A stretch of 50,629 nt of DNA. It comes from Lama guanicoe (Eukaryota). The position numbers and the translations under genes are program-made. Positions within the stretch are counted from its first letter, which is position 1. Each line of letters starts with the position of its first letter. Shown piece by piece: positions 26,400 through 37,572 of this stretch. The notes under the pieces were generated by a model. That model was given only the letters and a program-made list of their open reading frames with translations, did not search any database and was not told where the DNA came from. The stretch spans positions 4,120,799 through 4,171,427 of the forward strand of contig MU053588.1 of the NCBI GenBank assembly GCA_013239625.1, in the 5' to 3' direction.

Positions 26400-27155
26400 C
26401 AGAGACGTTTACGTAGATACTCGCCGAATACTGTACTGTTAGGAAGCAGCAGCGCGGGCTGGTGGTCGGGGAAAGGGTCGGGAAAGTACAGAACCCAGGA
26501 GCCCCTCAACCCCAGCGACGTACGGCCCCGGCCCGGGCCCTAAACCCGGGATGCTCCAAACGCCCCACGCTCCAACAGGCTCATTCAAAGCGAGCATCAA
26601 CCCGCCCTTTGCCGCAGGCGGATTCCTTCCCCAAGCTTGAGGGCTGGGTAGCTACGGGCCCACAACAAAGCGAAGAAAGGTCAGTGTGGACGTTGCGGGA
26701 GAAGGGCCCGGCGAGGGGAGGGCTCACCTTTCAGAGAGGAACGAAGGCCGCGGCCTCGCGTACCTGGGCCGGAAGTGACTCTGGCTACAGAGACCTCCTG
26801 GACTACGCTTCCCAGAATTCCAGTAGGGAGCAGGGACACAGCCTCGGCCTCCTGTAGCGGAAGTTACCCAACTACGGTGTTCCCGGACTACACTTCCCAG
26901 AATTCCCAGGCAGTTCGTCGCCTTCCTAGGGCGGAAGGGCTGGCTGCTGTACTCAGTCTTGACTGTATTTCACAGCCTCCTGGTCCGGAATGAATTCCGA
27001 AACGCAGCCTTCTTGGAGCCGAAATGCTTCCAAACTTAGAGCGCTCTACCATATACTTCTGTGTTTTCTCCAGCAGAGCATGCATTAAAGGTGTCTTTTT
27101 GGAGCGCAACTGTCTGATGCTTTCAATCTTCTGAACTACAATTCCCGAATCTCCT
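26400..27155 (-). promoter_or_regulatory. ZNF112: ZNF112 CpG-island promoter and non-coding exon 1 (donor at 26728)
   Basis: Local CpG/GC enrichment. Donor AAAG|gtgagc with GT at 26727-26726. ETS/GABPA cores CGGAAG at ~26770, 26858 and 26932. ZNF143/THAP11-type ACTACnnTTCCC motifs at 26802, 26887 and 27135. Confidence 0.8.
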
Positions 27156-27399
27156 GCGGGGCAGCCCTTTCCCTTTTCGGTAGTAAGTATTTGGATAAGC
27201 GGTATTGTCTTCAGGATAGTCAGTATAAATCAACTCTATACTGTTAGTCGAGCTTGGCCCTCTCCCTTTTTTCTTTCTTTTCTTTCTTTCAAACGTGAAT
27301 ATAAACAAAGCAAACTCAACCAAAGCAAATTCTGTTTACCTACCCACCTACCCATTCCAAGAAACTACCCCATAAATAGAGACTAGAGAGGCTTGAAAT

Positions 27400-28175
27400 A
27401 CGAAAAGAGAAGAGAGTGTGGGAAAAAAGGAAACTTCCTATGCTGTTGGTAGGAATGTAATATTGGTGCAGCCATTATGGAGAACAGTATGGAGATTCTT
27501 TTAAAAACTGAAGACAGACTTACTTTAAGATCCAGCAATCCCATTCCTGGGCACATATCTGGAATAAATAATTCAAAGAGATACATGCACCCCAGTGTTC
27601 ACAGCAGCACTATTTACAATAGCCAAGACATGGAAGCAACCTAAATGTCCACTGACAGATGACAGGATAAAGAAGATGTGGTATAAAAGCAAACTTCAGT
27701 TAAGGTGTTCAAAAGCAGGTGTGGAACAGTTGAATATAAATAAAAACAATAATAAAAGTCAATATTTTAAAAGCTAAAAAAAAAGATGTGGTATATTTAT
27801 ACAATGGAATACTACTCAGACATAAAATAAAATAATGCCATTTACAGCAACATGGATGGACCTGGAGATCGTCATACTAAGTTGCCAGAAAGAGAAAGAA
27901 AAATGCCATATGATATCACTTATATGTGGAATCTTAAAAAAAAAAAAGACGCAAATGAACTTACTTACCAAACAGAAACAGACTCACAGACATAGAAAAC
28001 AAACTTATGGTTAATAGGGGTAAAGGGGGTGGTAAGTGATAAATTGGGAGTTCGGGATTTGCAGATATGAACTACTGTATATAAAATGGATAAACAACAA
28101 GGTCTTACTGTATAGCACTGAGAACTATATTCAATACCTTGTAATGGCCTATAATGAAAAGGTGTATATATATAT
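27400..28175 (+). mobile_element. Relatively young L1 3' end (ORF2 tail and 3' UTR) carrying a nested insertion
   Basis: Peptide MFTAALFTIAKTWKQPKCP; 3' UTR GACTCACAGACATAGAAAACAAACTTATGG. Confidence 0.92.
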
Positions 28176-28574
28176 ATTTTTTCCCTATAAATATTAAACC
28201 ATGATTACTCTGAATTTCACCTCTCACTTACCCTTTTACTATATTTATATTGCCTTATTGATAGTAGGTAATCTCATCCAGCTGAAAATTATCCCCTAGA
28301 ACAGCAATCTGTCCACATCAGGTGTAAGAAACCTGTTTACCAAGATCTCCCACACCAGGTTTCTGATCACATCTTCCAGTTTGCCTCTGGGTGTTGAGGC
28401 CACTCTTCCAAGTCCTTAATGTCTACAACTATCTACAACTACAACTATCCTGCAAAAGGCTGACTGTCAAAGAGTATATTTCTAGAACTTTCTCCCTCAT
28501 ACTATTGAATGACATGAAACTCACTGTCCTCTTTGACCCCACACTCCCACTGAAATGGCTATTACAGTTGTCAA

Positions 28575-29303
28575 CGGATCAGTCTGTGTCCAATAAGGAG
28601 ACAGAAACCACACAATGATTTAAAAAGAAGTCTAATAGAAGGAATTATTAAACTTTGAAGAGTAACTATACAATATTTTAAAACTCTATATAGTACCCTG
28701 ATGCTGAGAGAGAGTATCAGAGGGAGCACTTAGCTTGGAAGGGACACTCTCTCCCAAAGCCTGGAGTTCAGACTTTATGAAGATATAGCTGCAGCCTACT
28801 GGATGGCAGAGAAGTTTTCTGTTTTGCCCAAGTCAGAGTTGGTCCCTAGTTGTGGGTCAAGGAGGAAGCAATATTCCAGGATGTAGGTGGTTCGTAGGCA
28901 GGCTGCAACTAGTGGTGGGATGCACGGGCGTGCAGGAGGAGGGGTGGTGCCAACAGCATCATCCATTTGGGGAACAGAGGAACCACAGCCAGTGACTAGG
29001 TACGTGGATGTGTAGAGGGAATGGTTGTGCATGTGTGGGTAGAAAGCCTGGAGTGTGCAAGGCCCAAGTCCAGAGGTCCAGGGGAAGATGTCCTCGCACC
29101 CACTCTACCGACCCATTGAGCAGCTGCTACAAACAGCAGGAGACCTCTTCCTCCCGCAATTTTCTTCTGACACCCTCTACTGAGAAAGCTTAATATCATT
29201 TACTGCAAAGGAGAAATGCTCAAAGCAATTTCTTTCATTATCACAGAGCATGTACTGAAGGGTGAATTTGGAGCTGAAAGACAATGAATTAGTAACTGGC
29301 ATA
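28575..29303 (-). mobile_element. Old ERVL-class solo LTR (subfamily uncertain)
   Basis: Ends GTCCAATAAGGAGACAGAAACCACAC and GAAGGGTGAATTTGGAGCTGAAAGACAAT..TAACTGGCA resemble ancient ERVL LTRs in reverse. Confidence 0.55.
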
Positions 29304-31122
29304 CTGCCCCTGGACTTAACTGCAACCACTGCCATCCTGAAGTCCCAGCTGAGGTCAGTAGCTCGGGAAACTTTAGGTTATATAGGCGTCAAGGATAAGG
29401 TCAGCAAGCCAAGGACTGGCCTGAAACATAGCATGATGAGCAGACAGACACAAGGAAGGCCATCTAGTGAGAGGACAGCTGCCTCTCCTATTGGCCCATC
29501 TGTAGTAATTACCCATGCAAGGAGCTAACTACAGCCACCATCCAGTGACGGATCAAGCCCATTGCCTTCCATCTCCAGCAGCCTCTCTCTAAAGCAAATC
29601 CTCCATTACTTGAGTTGCTTTCCCCAAACAAGTCACCCTCTCCAGCCTGAGTTCTACTGGCAATCTATCATGGGGAAAAAACAAAACAAAACAAAACACT
29701 GTATAAGAGTTGCTGAGTGTCTAATAGCAAAATTGTTACCTCAAGCATGTGAAGGGAAAATAGCCCCAGGACAGCATTTCCCATGTTAGGCGTCTCCCCA
29801 TATGGGTTCAATCCTCTGAACAACTCTTCAAACAACACTGAAAAGTGAAGTGTAGAGTGGGGGAGGGGGTGCTTCCCAATGCTGCTCTGCATTCTAAAAA
29901 TCTTGTGTATCAATCATGGGTCATAGTTTTATATTTTAAAACTTGATTTTTTTTCTCCAAACAATATGTGAAAATTTTTATAGGTCTAGGTCATTTTTAA
30001 TGGTGTATGTTACTCCATTATATGGGGATACCATAATTTGCTCACTCTTATTCATGAACCTTTAGTTGATTGTAATTTTTATTATTGCAAATATTCTTAG
30101 AAGATGTTCCCTATTGAAACCATCTTTTCCAACTTGTGCAATTATGTCTTAAAGATAAATCTGAAGCAGGATTAGTGATTCAAAGGCAATGCTAATTATA
30201 CACTTTGATACATATAGACAAAGTTCTCTCCAGAAATGTTATACCTGTTTTTTCCCCCATCAACTTATGTAAGAAAGCTGAATTTTTACTACTCCCTTAC
30301 TGACACTGAATTTTGTTCATTGTTCACTACTGCCCACCTGGGTCAGTAAGAAGGTAACACTTCAGGGACGGTTTTATTTGCATCTGAATGGCTGTTGTGT
30401 ATATAAATCATAACTAGTATGAAAATGTAATGTACGAAAAACTAGGAATAAAACATGATCCAAATGAAGAAATTTATAAATAAACTAAGATACAAAAAAA
30501 AAGAGACATTATTATTGAAGATGAACAAAGATACTATAAAGGTATCTCCTCCCAAATCCAACTATAACCCCAAACTAAATCACAATTTTGGTGGAAACCT
30601 GACAAAATGAGCACCTTCTAAAAACTTCTAAAAACATTATTAAACAACACTGCTGATAAACAGTGGTGTCCGAGTCTGCCAATGAACACTTTCGCCTTTT
30701 TTTTTTAGCCCCACCCCCCACCTTGGCCTTCTGTAAGTTGTTACTCACTTCAGTAAATGTTATTTTTACTTGATTTTATTAAGACGATTTGTAGGACACC
30801 ATTTGTTAGTTGCATTTAACATGTGCGCTGACAAACTTTTTCACTATACATTGTAGAGTTTCTCAGCTGCACGGGATTTCTTATGTTGATAGACTGCATT
30901 TTTGATAAAGTTGTACTACATGCATATTGTCTGGAATACATCCTTTTTATGTACACACCAATGAATGAAGATTCTCCCTGAAAAAGTTCTGTCTACACCA
31001 TTTAAATGCCTGCACTGCCACAGAGAGCCTTAAACATTGAAAAATTCTGAACTCTGAATTACAAGGTTGCTTTCTTATGTGGATTCCAGGGAACGTGAAA
31101 TACGTTGCTATTAAATCCCTCT

Positions 31123-31493
31123 GTATTAGTCAGCATGGCCTAGGCAATGTTAGTAACAAATAACTGCCAAAGTCTGAGTAGTGTTAACACAAGAAATGTT
31201 TATTTCTCACTTGAAAAAAAAAAAGTCCTACACAGGTCAGATTCCATCATTCCAGTCTGGGACAAACAGCCTCCAATGCGACAGGAAAGAGAAGCCTGGG
31301 GGACCTCACAAGATGTCTGTACGGGGCAGGCCTGGAAGCAGCTTTTATCACTTTTGCTTACACTCCATTGGTTGGAACTCAAATCACGTGGGCCCTCGCA
31401 TAATCCCTTGCCAGGATTCCTAGGAAATGGGGTCTTCCTTCGTGCCCAGGAAACAGAGCAAGTCCGATGAATACGTATCTCTGTCTCTGCCAC
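31123..31493 (-). mobile_element. MaLR solo LTR (MLT1-like) in the ZNF285 3' region
   Basis: TGTATTAGTCAG...GTAACAAATAAC...GTTTATTTCTCAC...CCATTGG..GAACT..TCACGTGG...CTCTGCCACA. Confidence 0.75.
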
Positions 31494-31905
31494 ATCCTTA
31501 AAATATCACGTCTATAGAGCTTCTCTCCTGTGTGGAGAATCTTACGGTTTTGAAAACATGAGTATGGACTAATTCTTACCACACTGGTAGACTAGGTTTC
31601 ATTTCTGAGCATGCTTTTTGAACATTCTTCACAGAGAGTATTTTTCTAGTGGGGACTCTCTAAAAGCAAACTAAAACTAAAACACCTAAAGATCATGGCT
31701 GGACTGAAGTTCTTGCTGTCCTCACCCCAATTAGAATTTCCTGCCCGGGCTCACCTATTCATAGACATTTGACCTCTAACTATTGCCACTGCCACAAATT
31801 GCCCCTCTAATCAAGAATAACTGTCTTTGCCACCACGGCACATAACCATTGATGGGAGCTTCTGGGCACTCACTGAGATCCACAGGAGTTTCCTGGAATG
31901 CTCTT

Positions 31906-32049
31906 TTTTTTTTTTTAAACAAATGATCTTTTTTTTTCGGAGGGGTTAGTTAGGTTTGTTTGTTTGTTTAATGGAGGTACCAGGGATTGAACCCAGGACC
32001 CTGTGGATGCTAAGCACGTGCTCTACCACTGAGCCATACCCTCCCCCTG
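31906..32049 (-). mobile_element. tRNA-derived SINE (camelid Vic-1-like) in the ZNF285 3' UTR
   Basis: Same consensus. 13-bp TSD ctggaatgctctt at 31893-31905 and 32050-32062. Confidence 0.9.
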
Positions 32050-32161
32050 CTGGAATGCTCTTAAGGACCACCTCCTTCAGTGCTGCCAGCTGACATCACG
32101 GGTGGCAGCATTCCCATCCGTTGCTCCTCCCCTGCCCTCTTACTGGACGAGTAAGCCTCCA

Positions 32162-33873
32162 TCATCTGGAAAACATCAAGTGGCTCCTGCTTTCCTGATG
32201 GAACCTGGACTCTACATTTACAATGTTTCTGTCCTCTTGTGTACCCTTGGATGAGTGAGATGGTCTGAGCAATGTATTTCCTGAGCCTGGCCAAGCTCGT
32301 GACACGTTATGTCCCATCTCCTCCCTGTGCGCTCTCTGATGGGCAAGAAGGTAAGAGTTCCGACTGAAGCCCTTGCCGCATTCTTTACACTGGTAGGGCC
32401 TCTCTCCGGTGTGGACTCTGAGATGAACGTGAAGGTCTGAGTTCCGACTGAAGCCCTTCCCACACGCCTTGCATTTGTGTGGTTTCTCCCTGCTGTGATC
32501 TCTCTGATGCAAGTGAAAATAGGAGCTGTAACTGAAGCCCTTCCCGCACACTTGGCAGGTGTAAGGCTTCTCTCGCGTGTGAACTCTCTGATGGGTGTGC
32601 AGCACCGAACTGTAGGCAAACGCCTTCCCGCACATGCTGCATTGGTAGGGTTTCTCCCCGGTGTGGACCCGCTGGTGAATGTGCAGGTGTGTGCTTTGGC
32701 TGAAGCCCTTCCCGCACTCACCGCACCTGTAGGGCTTCTCCCCCGTGTGCAGTCTCCAGTGGACCTGGAGGACGGAGCTTGAACTGAAGCACTTCCCGCA
32801 CTCGCCGCACTTGTAGGGCTTCTCTCCAGTGTGGACTCTCTGGTGGACAAGGAGGTTGGAGCTCTGATCGAAGCCCTTCCCACACTCTTGGCATTTGTAG
32901 GGCTTTTTCCCTGTGTGGACTCCCTGATGGATACGCAGGAGGGACCTGAACCCAAATCCCTTCCCGCACACATCACACGGGTAGGGCATGTCCCCCGTGT
33001 GGACTCGGTGATGGTTGTGAAGAGAGGAGTTGCGCCGAAAGCCTTTGCCGCATTCGATGCATTTATAGGGTTTGTCTCCCGAGGAGCCTTTCTGACTCCC
33101 GGGAGTGTCTGAGCTCTGTCTGCAGCTCTTAGCGCATGCCTGCCATTCACCAGGTCTCTCACCTAAATGGGGTTTATGATGAACAATAAGAACTGAGCTC
33201 GGACTAAAGTCCTTTCCACGCTGGTCACATTTAGATGTTTCTCCTTTCTGGGCGCTGTGATGAACACGAGCATCTGCTTCATCTACAAAGCCCACTGTAC
33301 AGTTATTACAGCTGAAAAGCTGCATCGCGTGGACCACGTTACTGTGTTTGATTGCTGACTTAATGACCAAGTTCTCTCCACAGTCAGAGATGTATCTATA
33401 AGCTCCCTCTTCTTTACATTCTCGGGAATCATAACAATTACCTGAGGTCTGAATGAAGCCTTCATCACCCCGAGCACATCCACACAATTCCTCTTCTGTC
33501 GGAATTCTCTTATACTTTCCCTGAGAGTCCTGGGGCTCCGTCATCATGTTGGCTTTCTTCCAAGAATCTGGGGTAAGGGCCTGTGTCAGGCCTTTCCAAG
33601 CTGTAATGTCTTGATTTTCTAAACTAATGGCATTTATTACATCGTTGTCACGTTCAGAAACCTGAAAAGACACTCCTGCACACTCTTCACGGAGGGAAAT
33701 ATCTCCTTCTAAATACTGGGGATGACCTCCTTGAAGATTCATGACATAATCCTGACTCACAGTGAATTCACTGATCCTTTGTTTCCAAATCTGCCAAAAG
33801 TACAGCACTTCTTGTGAGAGGTAACTCAACCCTTTCTCCTGAAGATTCAAAATGTTGTTTTTAATCCTGTCTC
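32162..33873 (-). CDS. ZNF285: ZNF285 last exon: spacer, degenerate fingers and 9 intact C2H2 fingers
   Basis: Acceptor ctcctcacag|GA at 33874-33875. Reads [34 protein letters not shown]...; fingers such as [49 protein letters not shown] and [12 protein letters not shown] match recalled human ZNF285. Spliced CDS 15+127+1712 = 1854 nt (617 aa). The ORF track's first 36 aa are intronic. Confidence 0.95.
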
Positions 33874-35012
33874 CTGTGAGGAGAAAGAGAATTTGGCTAA
33901 GCAAACGTATAAACCATCTATCCAAAGGCTGTGAGGAAGTGACGTGGGACGGCGTGAGAAGTTGCCACTGGCTTCTAGTCATATATGAAACAATTAGAAA
34001 CCCAGTAATTCTGATTTGTGAGCTGCTAGTTAAAAACCAGGTTTTGCAGGGAAATCCTGGAATTCAAAGAAATCTTGGAAACAATTTATGAAGGAAGAAA
34101 TTTACCTCTCTGCTATAAAAGTAGTCGGTAAAAAGCCTTTAATCGTTTTGCTACAAAAGATAGGGGGGAGGCTCCCATATGATTCACGTAATGTATGTAA
34201 TAATGGAGTCCTGGACGTGGTGAGAGACAGAGAATCACAAGGACCTTCCAGAATACCGTAGAAGGTTGTGGAAACTAGCAACAACTCCTGTCCCCTGACA
34301 ATGTCCCTTCCTTTATATCACTGTTCGATAGGGTTAGAACTATCTGTAGGTTTGTGTACAACCTGCACAACTGTACGTGGTGGGCCAAAAGCAGCAGTGG
34401 AGGTTGAAATGGGGATAATACTGTGAAATATGAGACTTCTTGTTTATCTTCCCTGAGGTTCTCTAGCTTCAGGAAGAGACAGAGTCCACCAAGATCCTGC
34501 ACTCCAATTCCTTCAACTTCTCCTCTTTGAGGTTACTGCAGAGTCTCAAACAGCCATGGCTACGAGAATGGGCTGTGTGGAACTGTCAATGGCCTGGTAC
34601 CCAGGGAAGTGAGATTGTACTAAAGGGGTCATAAGAAACAGGGGGTCGAGGCAGAAGAGGATGGTCACACCCTGGGCACCCAAAATAGGCTTCAAAATGT
34701 CACAAATACCATGGTCAAGACCATTTGGACACCGCCTCTGGTTCAAAGTAGCTTATGAGTCATTTTATTGAGTGACGTGAGTTCATAAAGTGGTGTCAGA
34801 GAAGAAGGGAACAGGCTTAAAATGGGAGTTTTTCAACTATTCTGATGGTGCCCACAGTTAAGAAAAGCATTTACACTGTAACCCAGTACGTACACATCGA
34901 CACAGGCCAGAAACTGAAACAGGTTTATCAACTGATACTTACCTCACCGGGTGCCACATATTCTGACAAATTCTTTTGTGTTCTAGTCTATTGATCTATT
35001 CTGTCAACTCTG

Positions 35013-35139
35013 TTTTTTAGGGGGGGAGGCAGTAATTAGGTTTATGTAATTATTTATTTAATGGAGGTACTGGGGATTGAACCCTGGACCTCGTGGATGC
35101 TAACCATGCACTCTACCACTTGAGCTATACCTTACCCCC
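35013..35139 (-). mobile_element. tRNA-derived SINE (camelid Vic-1-like)
   Basis: GGAGGTACTGGGGATTGAACCCTGGACCTCGTGGATGCTAACCATGCACTCTACCACTTGAGCTATACC. Confidence 0.88.
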
Positions 35140-35746
35140 TAGTCCGTTAATCTATTTTGCTTTTTAAAAACTGCTAGTTAAGACACAGTAACTGGATTTC
35201 AGGACTCACCAATGGGGTTGCATCCTGCAGATTTAGGCCAAGGAGTCCTGTGTCTGTAATCTCTAGTCATAGCGGTACTTAGCGTCACATGGTTATTGAA
35301 AGAAAGCCCAGGGTCTAGAGCCAGACTGGGAAGGTTTAAATTGTAGTTCTTCTTACAAGCTGGGTGATCCCTTTGCTGCTTCCTTTGTAAAAGGGAGGCA
35401 GTAACAGCAAGTAAGCAACTGAGCTGGCATGTATATTGCACTCACTACAGACCAGATCCTAATTTGGTTCCTCTAACACAAGTTTGTCCAGAACTTTGGT
35501 TTCTTTCCAAAAGCAACCAAGGGACCATGGCCTTGGGAAAGTGTGAACTTTCTCAATCTCATTCAGAGTAACAAGAGGAAAGAAGGAGAGCTTAAACATG
35601 GGAGGAGGTCGGATTAGGCTCGCCGCCTGCATCAGATGCCCACGGACCAGGGCCTGCAGAGTCAAGGAGAGCTCCCTCACCAACACTTTGCAAGGGGCCA
35701 CCTGCTCATGTTTATCTGCTAAAACTCATTAACTGCAGGGTCTCAT

Positions 35747-35841
35747 CTGCATATGCACCTCTTAGGAGTTTTCTCTTTGGTGGCCAGAGTTTCCCTTTGT
35801 GTTCCAACTGGAATATATTCTATCTGGTTGGAAGCTGATTG
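35747..35841 (-). pseudogene. Decayed KRAB-B pseudo-exon in the ZNF285 intron
   Basis: Minus strand reads ...TTC CAA CCA GAT AGA ATA TA TTC CAG TTG GAA CAC AAA GGG AAA CTC TGG...GCA G|atgaga. KRAB-B-like (F.PD.I.QLE...LW) but frameshifted, with the donor GT changed to AT. Confidence 0.65.
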
Positions 35842-35878
35842 CTTGAGAAAACAGGACCGGGGGTCTGAGGCTTAGTTA

Positions 35879-36025
<147 letters not shown>

Positions 36026-36829
36026 CTAAAACATCAAGCACATGCCACACTCATCATCTATGCAGATGACCCCTGGAAGGCAAGCAAAGTTGGAAACTGT
36101 GCCAGTTGTGAAGTTGCTGTCTTTCTGTTTCAATTCTTCACTTTTAAACCACATCTTGTAATGCGGGAGCCGGGACTGCGAATCACGCTTCAAATTTGAC
36201 AACCGGCTAGATGTTAGACCCAGACACGGCAGAGTGCTGGAGGGATTCTGCAAGGCTGGGGGAGGACATGGAGCTGGAGCTAGCGAGCCAGGAAATACAC
36301 ACGGATGCCCTACAGCCCGGATGGCACAGACGCTGTAGCAAGGAGGAGTGGAACCTTGTCCTAGCGATCCCCCTTCCCCCTTCTTGGCCGCAACTACAGA
36401 GTCTGGGGAAAATAAAACACCCAGTTCCCTACCCACCCTTGCAGGTTGGTGGATCCCTTGCCAGGATCCTATCCAGAGACTGCCATAGGGTTCAGGTACA
36501 AGGATCGTTCAAAAATAGTAACAAAAGCAATTTACAGACCAATAGACATGAAAGCAAAAATCTTCAAATTCTTTTCTTAGCACACAGCACCATCAATGAA
36601 GTGCCGTTGTAAGAGCTTGAACCTGAATCTACTCAAGCATCGAGTGCCTCCACTTACGGGAAATACTGTGGAAAGAGGAACACATTGAAGGACACCAAAA
36701 AGAAGCATTTTGGGGATCATCGGGGGGAAATTCTATTATTGTCTGGGTTTTAGATGATACCAGAGAATTACTGGTAATCTCACTGGTCCATTTCTGTTTG
36801 TAGAAATACATACTGGAATATATAGGAGT

Positions 36830-37310
36830 GTGTGGTAAATGAGATTGCTATTTTGAAATATTCTCTCTCATGCTCCCAGTTCCACTAAAGGACCTGACTA
36901 CTTCCTTGCCCCCCTTGACTTTGGATTTGGCCACATGACTTGTTCTAATTCTCAGTGGAGAACGTAAGGGGTCTTGTATGTTTCCGCTTGCTCTCTTGCC
37001 TCTCTGCCAACGTCCAACACATCCGAGATTAACCAGGACAAAGCCTTACCACGAGCGGAGTGCCACCAAATAACTATGGCATTGGCTTTGGGGTCAGGCT
37101 GCAAGAGCTGAGGAAACTATAGAAGAGGCTGCGAAAATGGTTACCTGGGTGATGTAGCCATGAGACATTTTGTAAAACTGTTTCTGGCAGTGACACAGAA
37201 GATGGAAGGTGCCCCTAAAGAATTTGTTGGCTTGAGAAAGACGGTTTCCAGGCAGAGGGTGAAAGTGTGAGCTCATTTATTTTAGCTGCATGTAAGGTAC
37301 TTTAAGAAAG
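36830..37310 (+). mobile_element. MLT1-type LTR with a MaLR internal fragment
   Basis: CCCTTGACTTTGGATTTGGCCACATGACTTG (MLT1 motif), then GGCATTGGCTTTGG...TTTCCAGGCAGAG..TGAAAGTG (MLT-int-like). Confidence 0.55.
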
Positions 37311-37572
37311 TGATACATTCAGAAGAGAAAAAAAAAGCACAGTATGAAATAACATGTTCCTTGCATTATTCTTTAAAATTCTCTCAAGATGCTTTGGGAC
37401 ACAATCAAGAAAACGGAGAAAGAGACAAATTAAGCAAATGTGGCAACACATTAACTGTTGAAACTGCACGACAGGTGTTAGATACAGAGGGTCATAGGAC
37501 TATTTCCTCTTTTTGTGTATTTTCATAATTAAAACATTGTTCATGATTAAAAAAACAATCCTTGCTCCACTC

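Noticed and set aside
32477..33112. Plus-strand ORFs antisense to the finger arrays (also 46818-47679)
   Set aside because: Typical shadow ORFs of repetitive C2H2 coding sequence.
33874..33982. N-terminal extension of the 606-aa ORF as a single-exon gene start
   Set aside because: It lies upstream of a strong acceptor; the N-terminus comes from the MIKFQ and KRAB-A exons.
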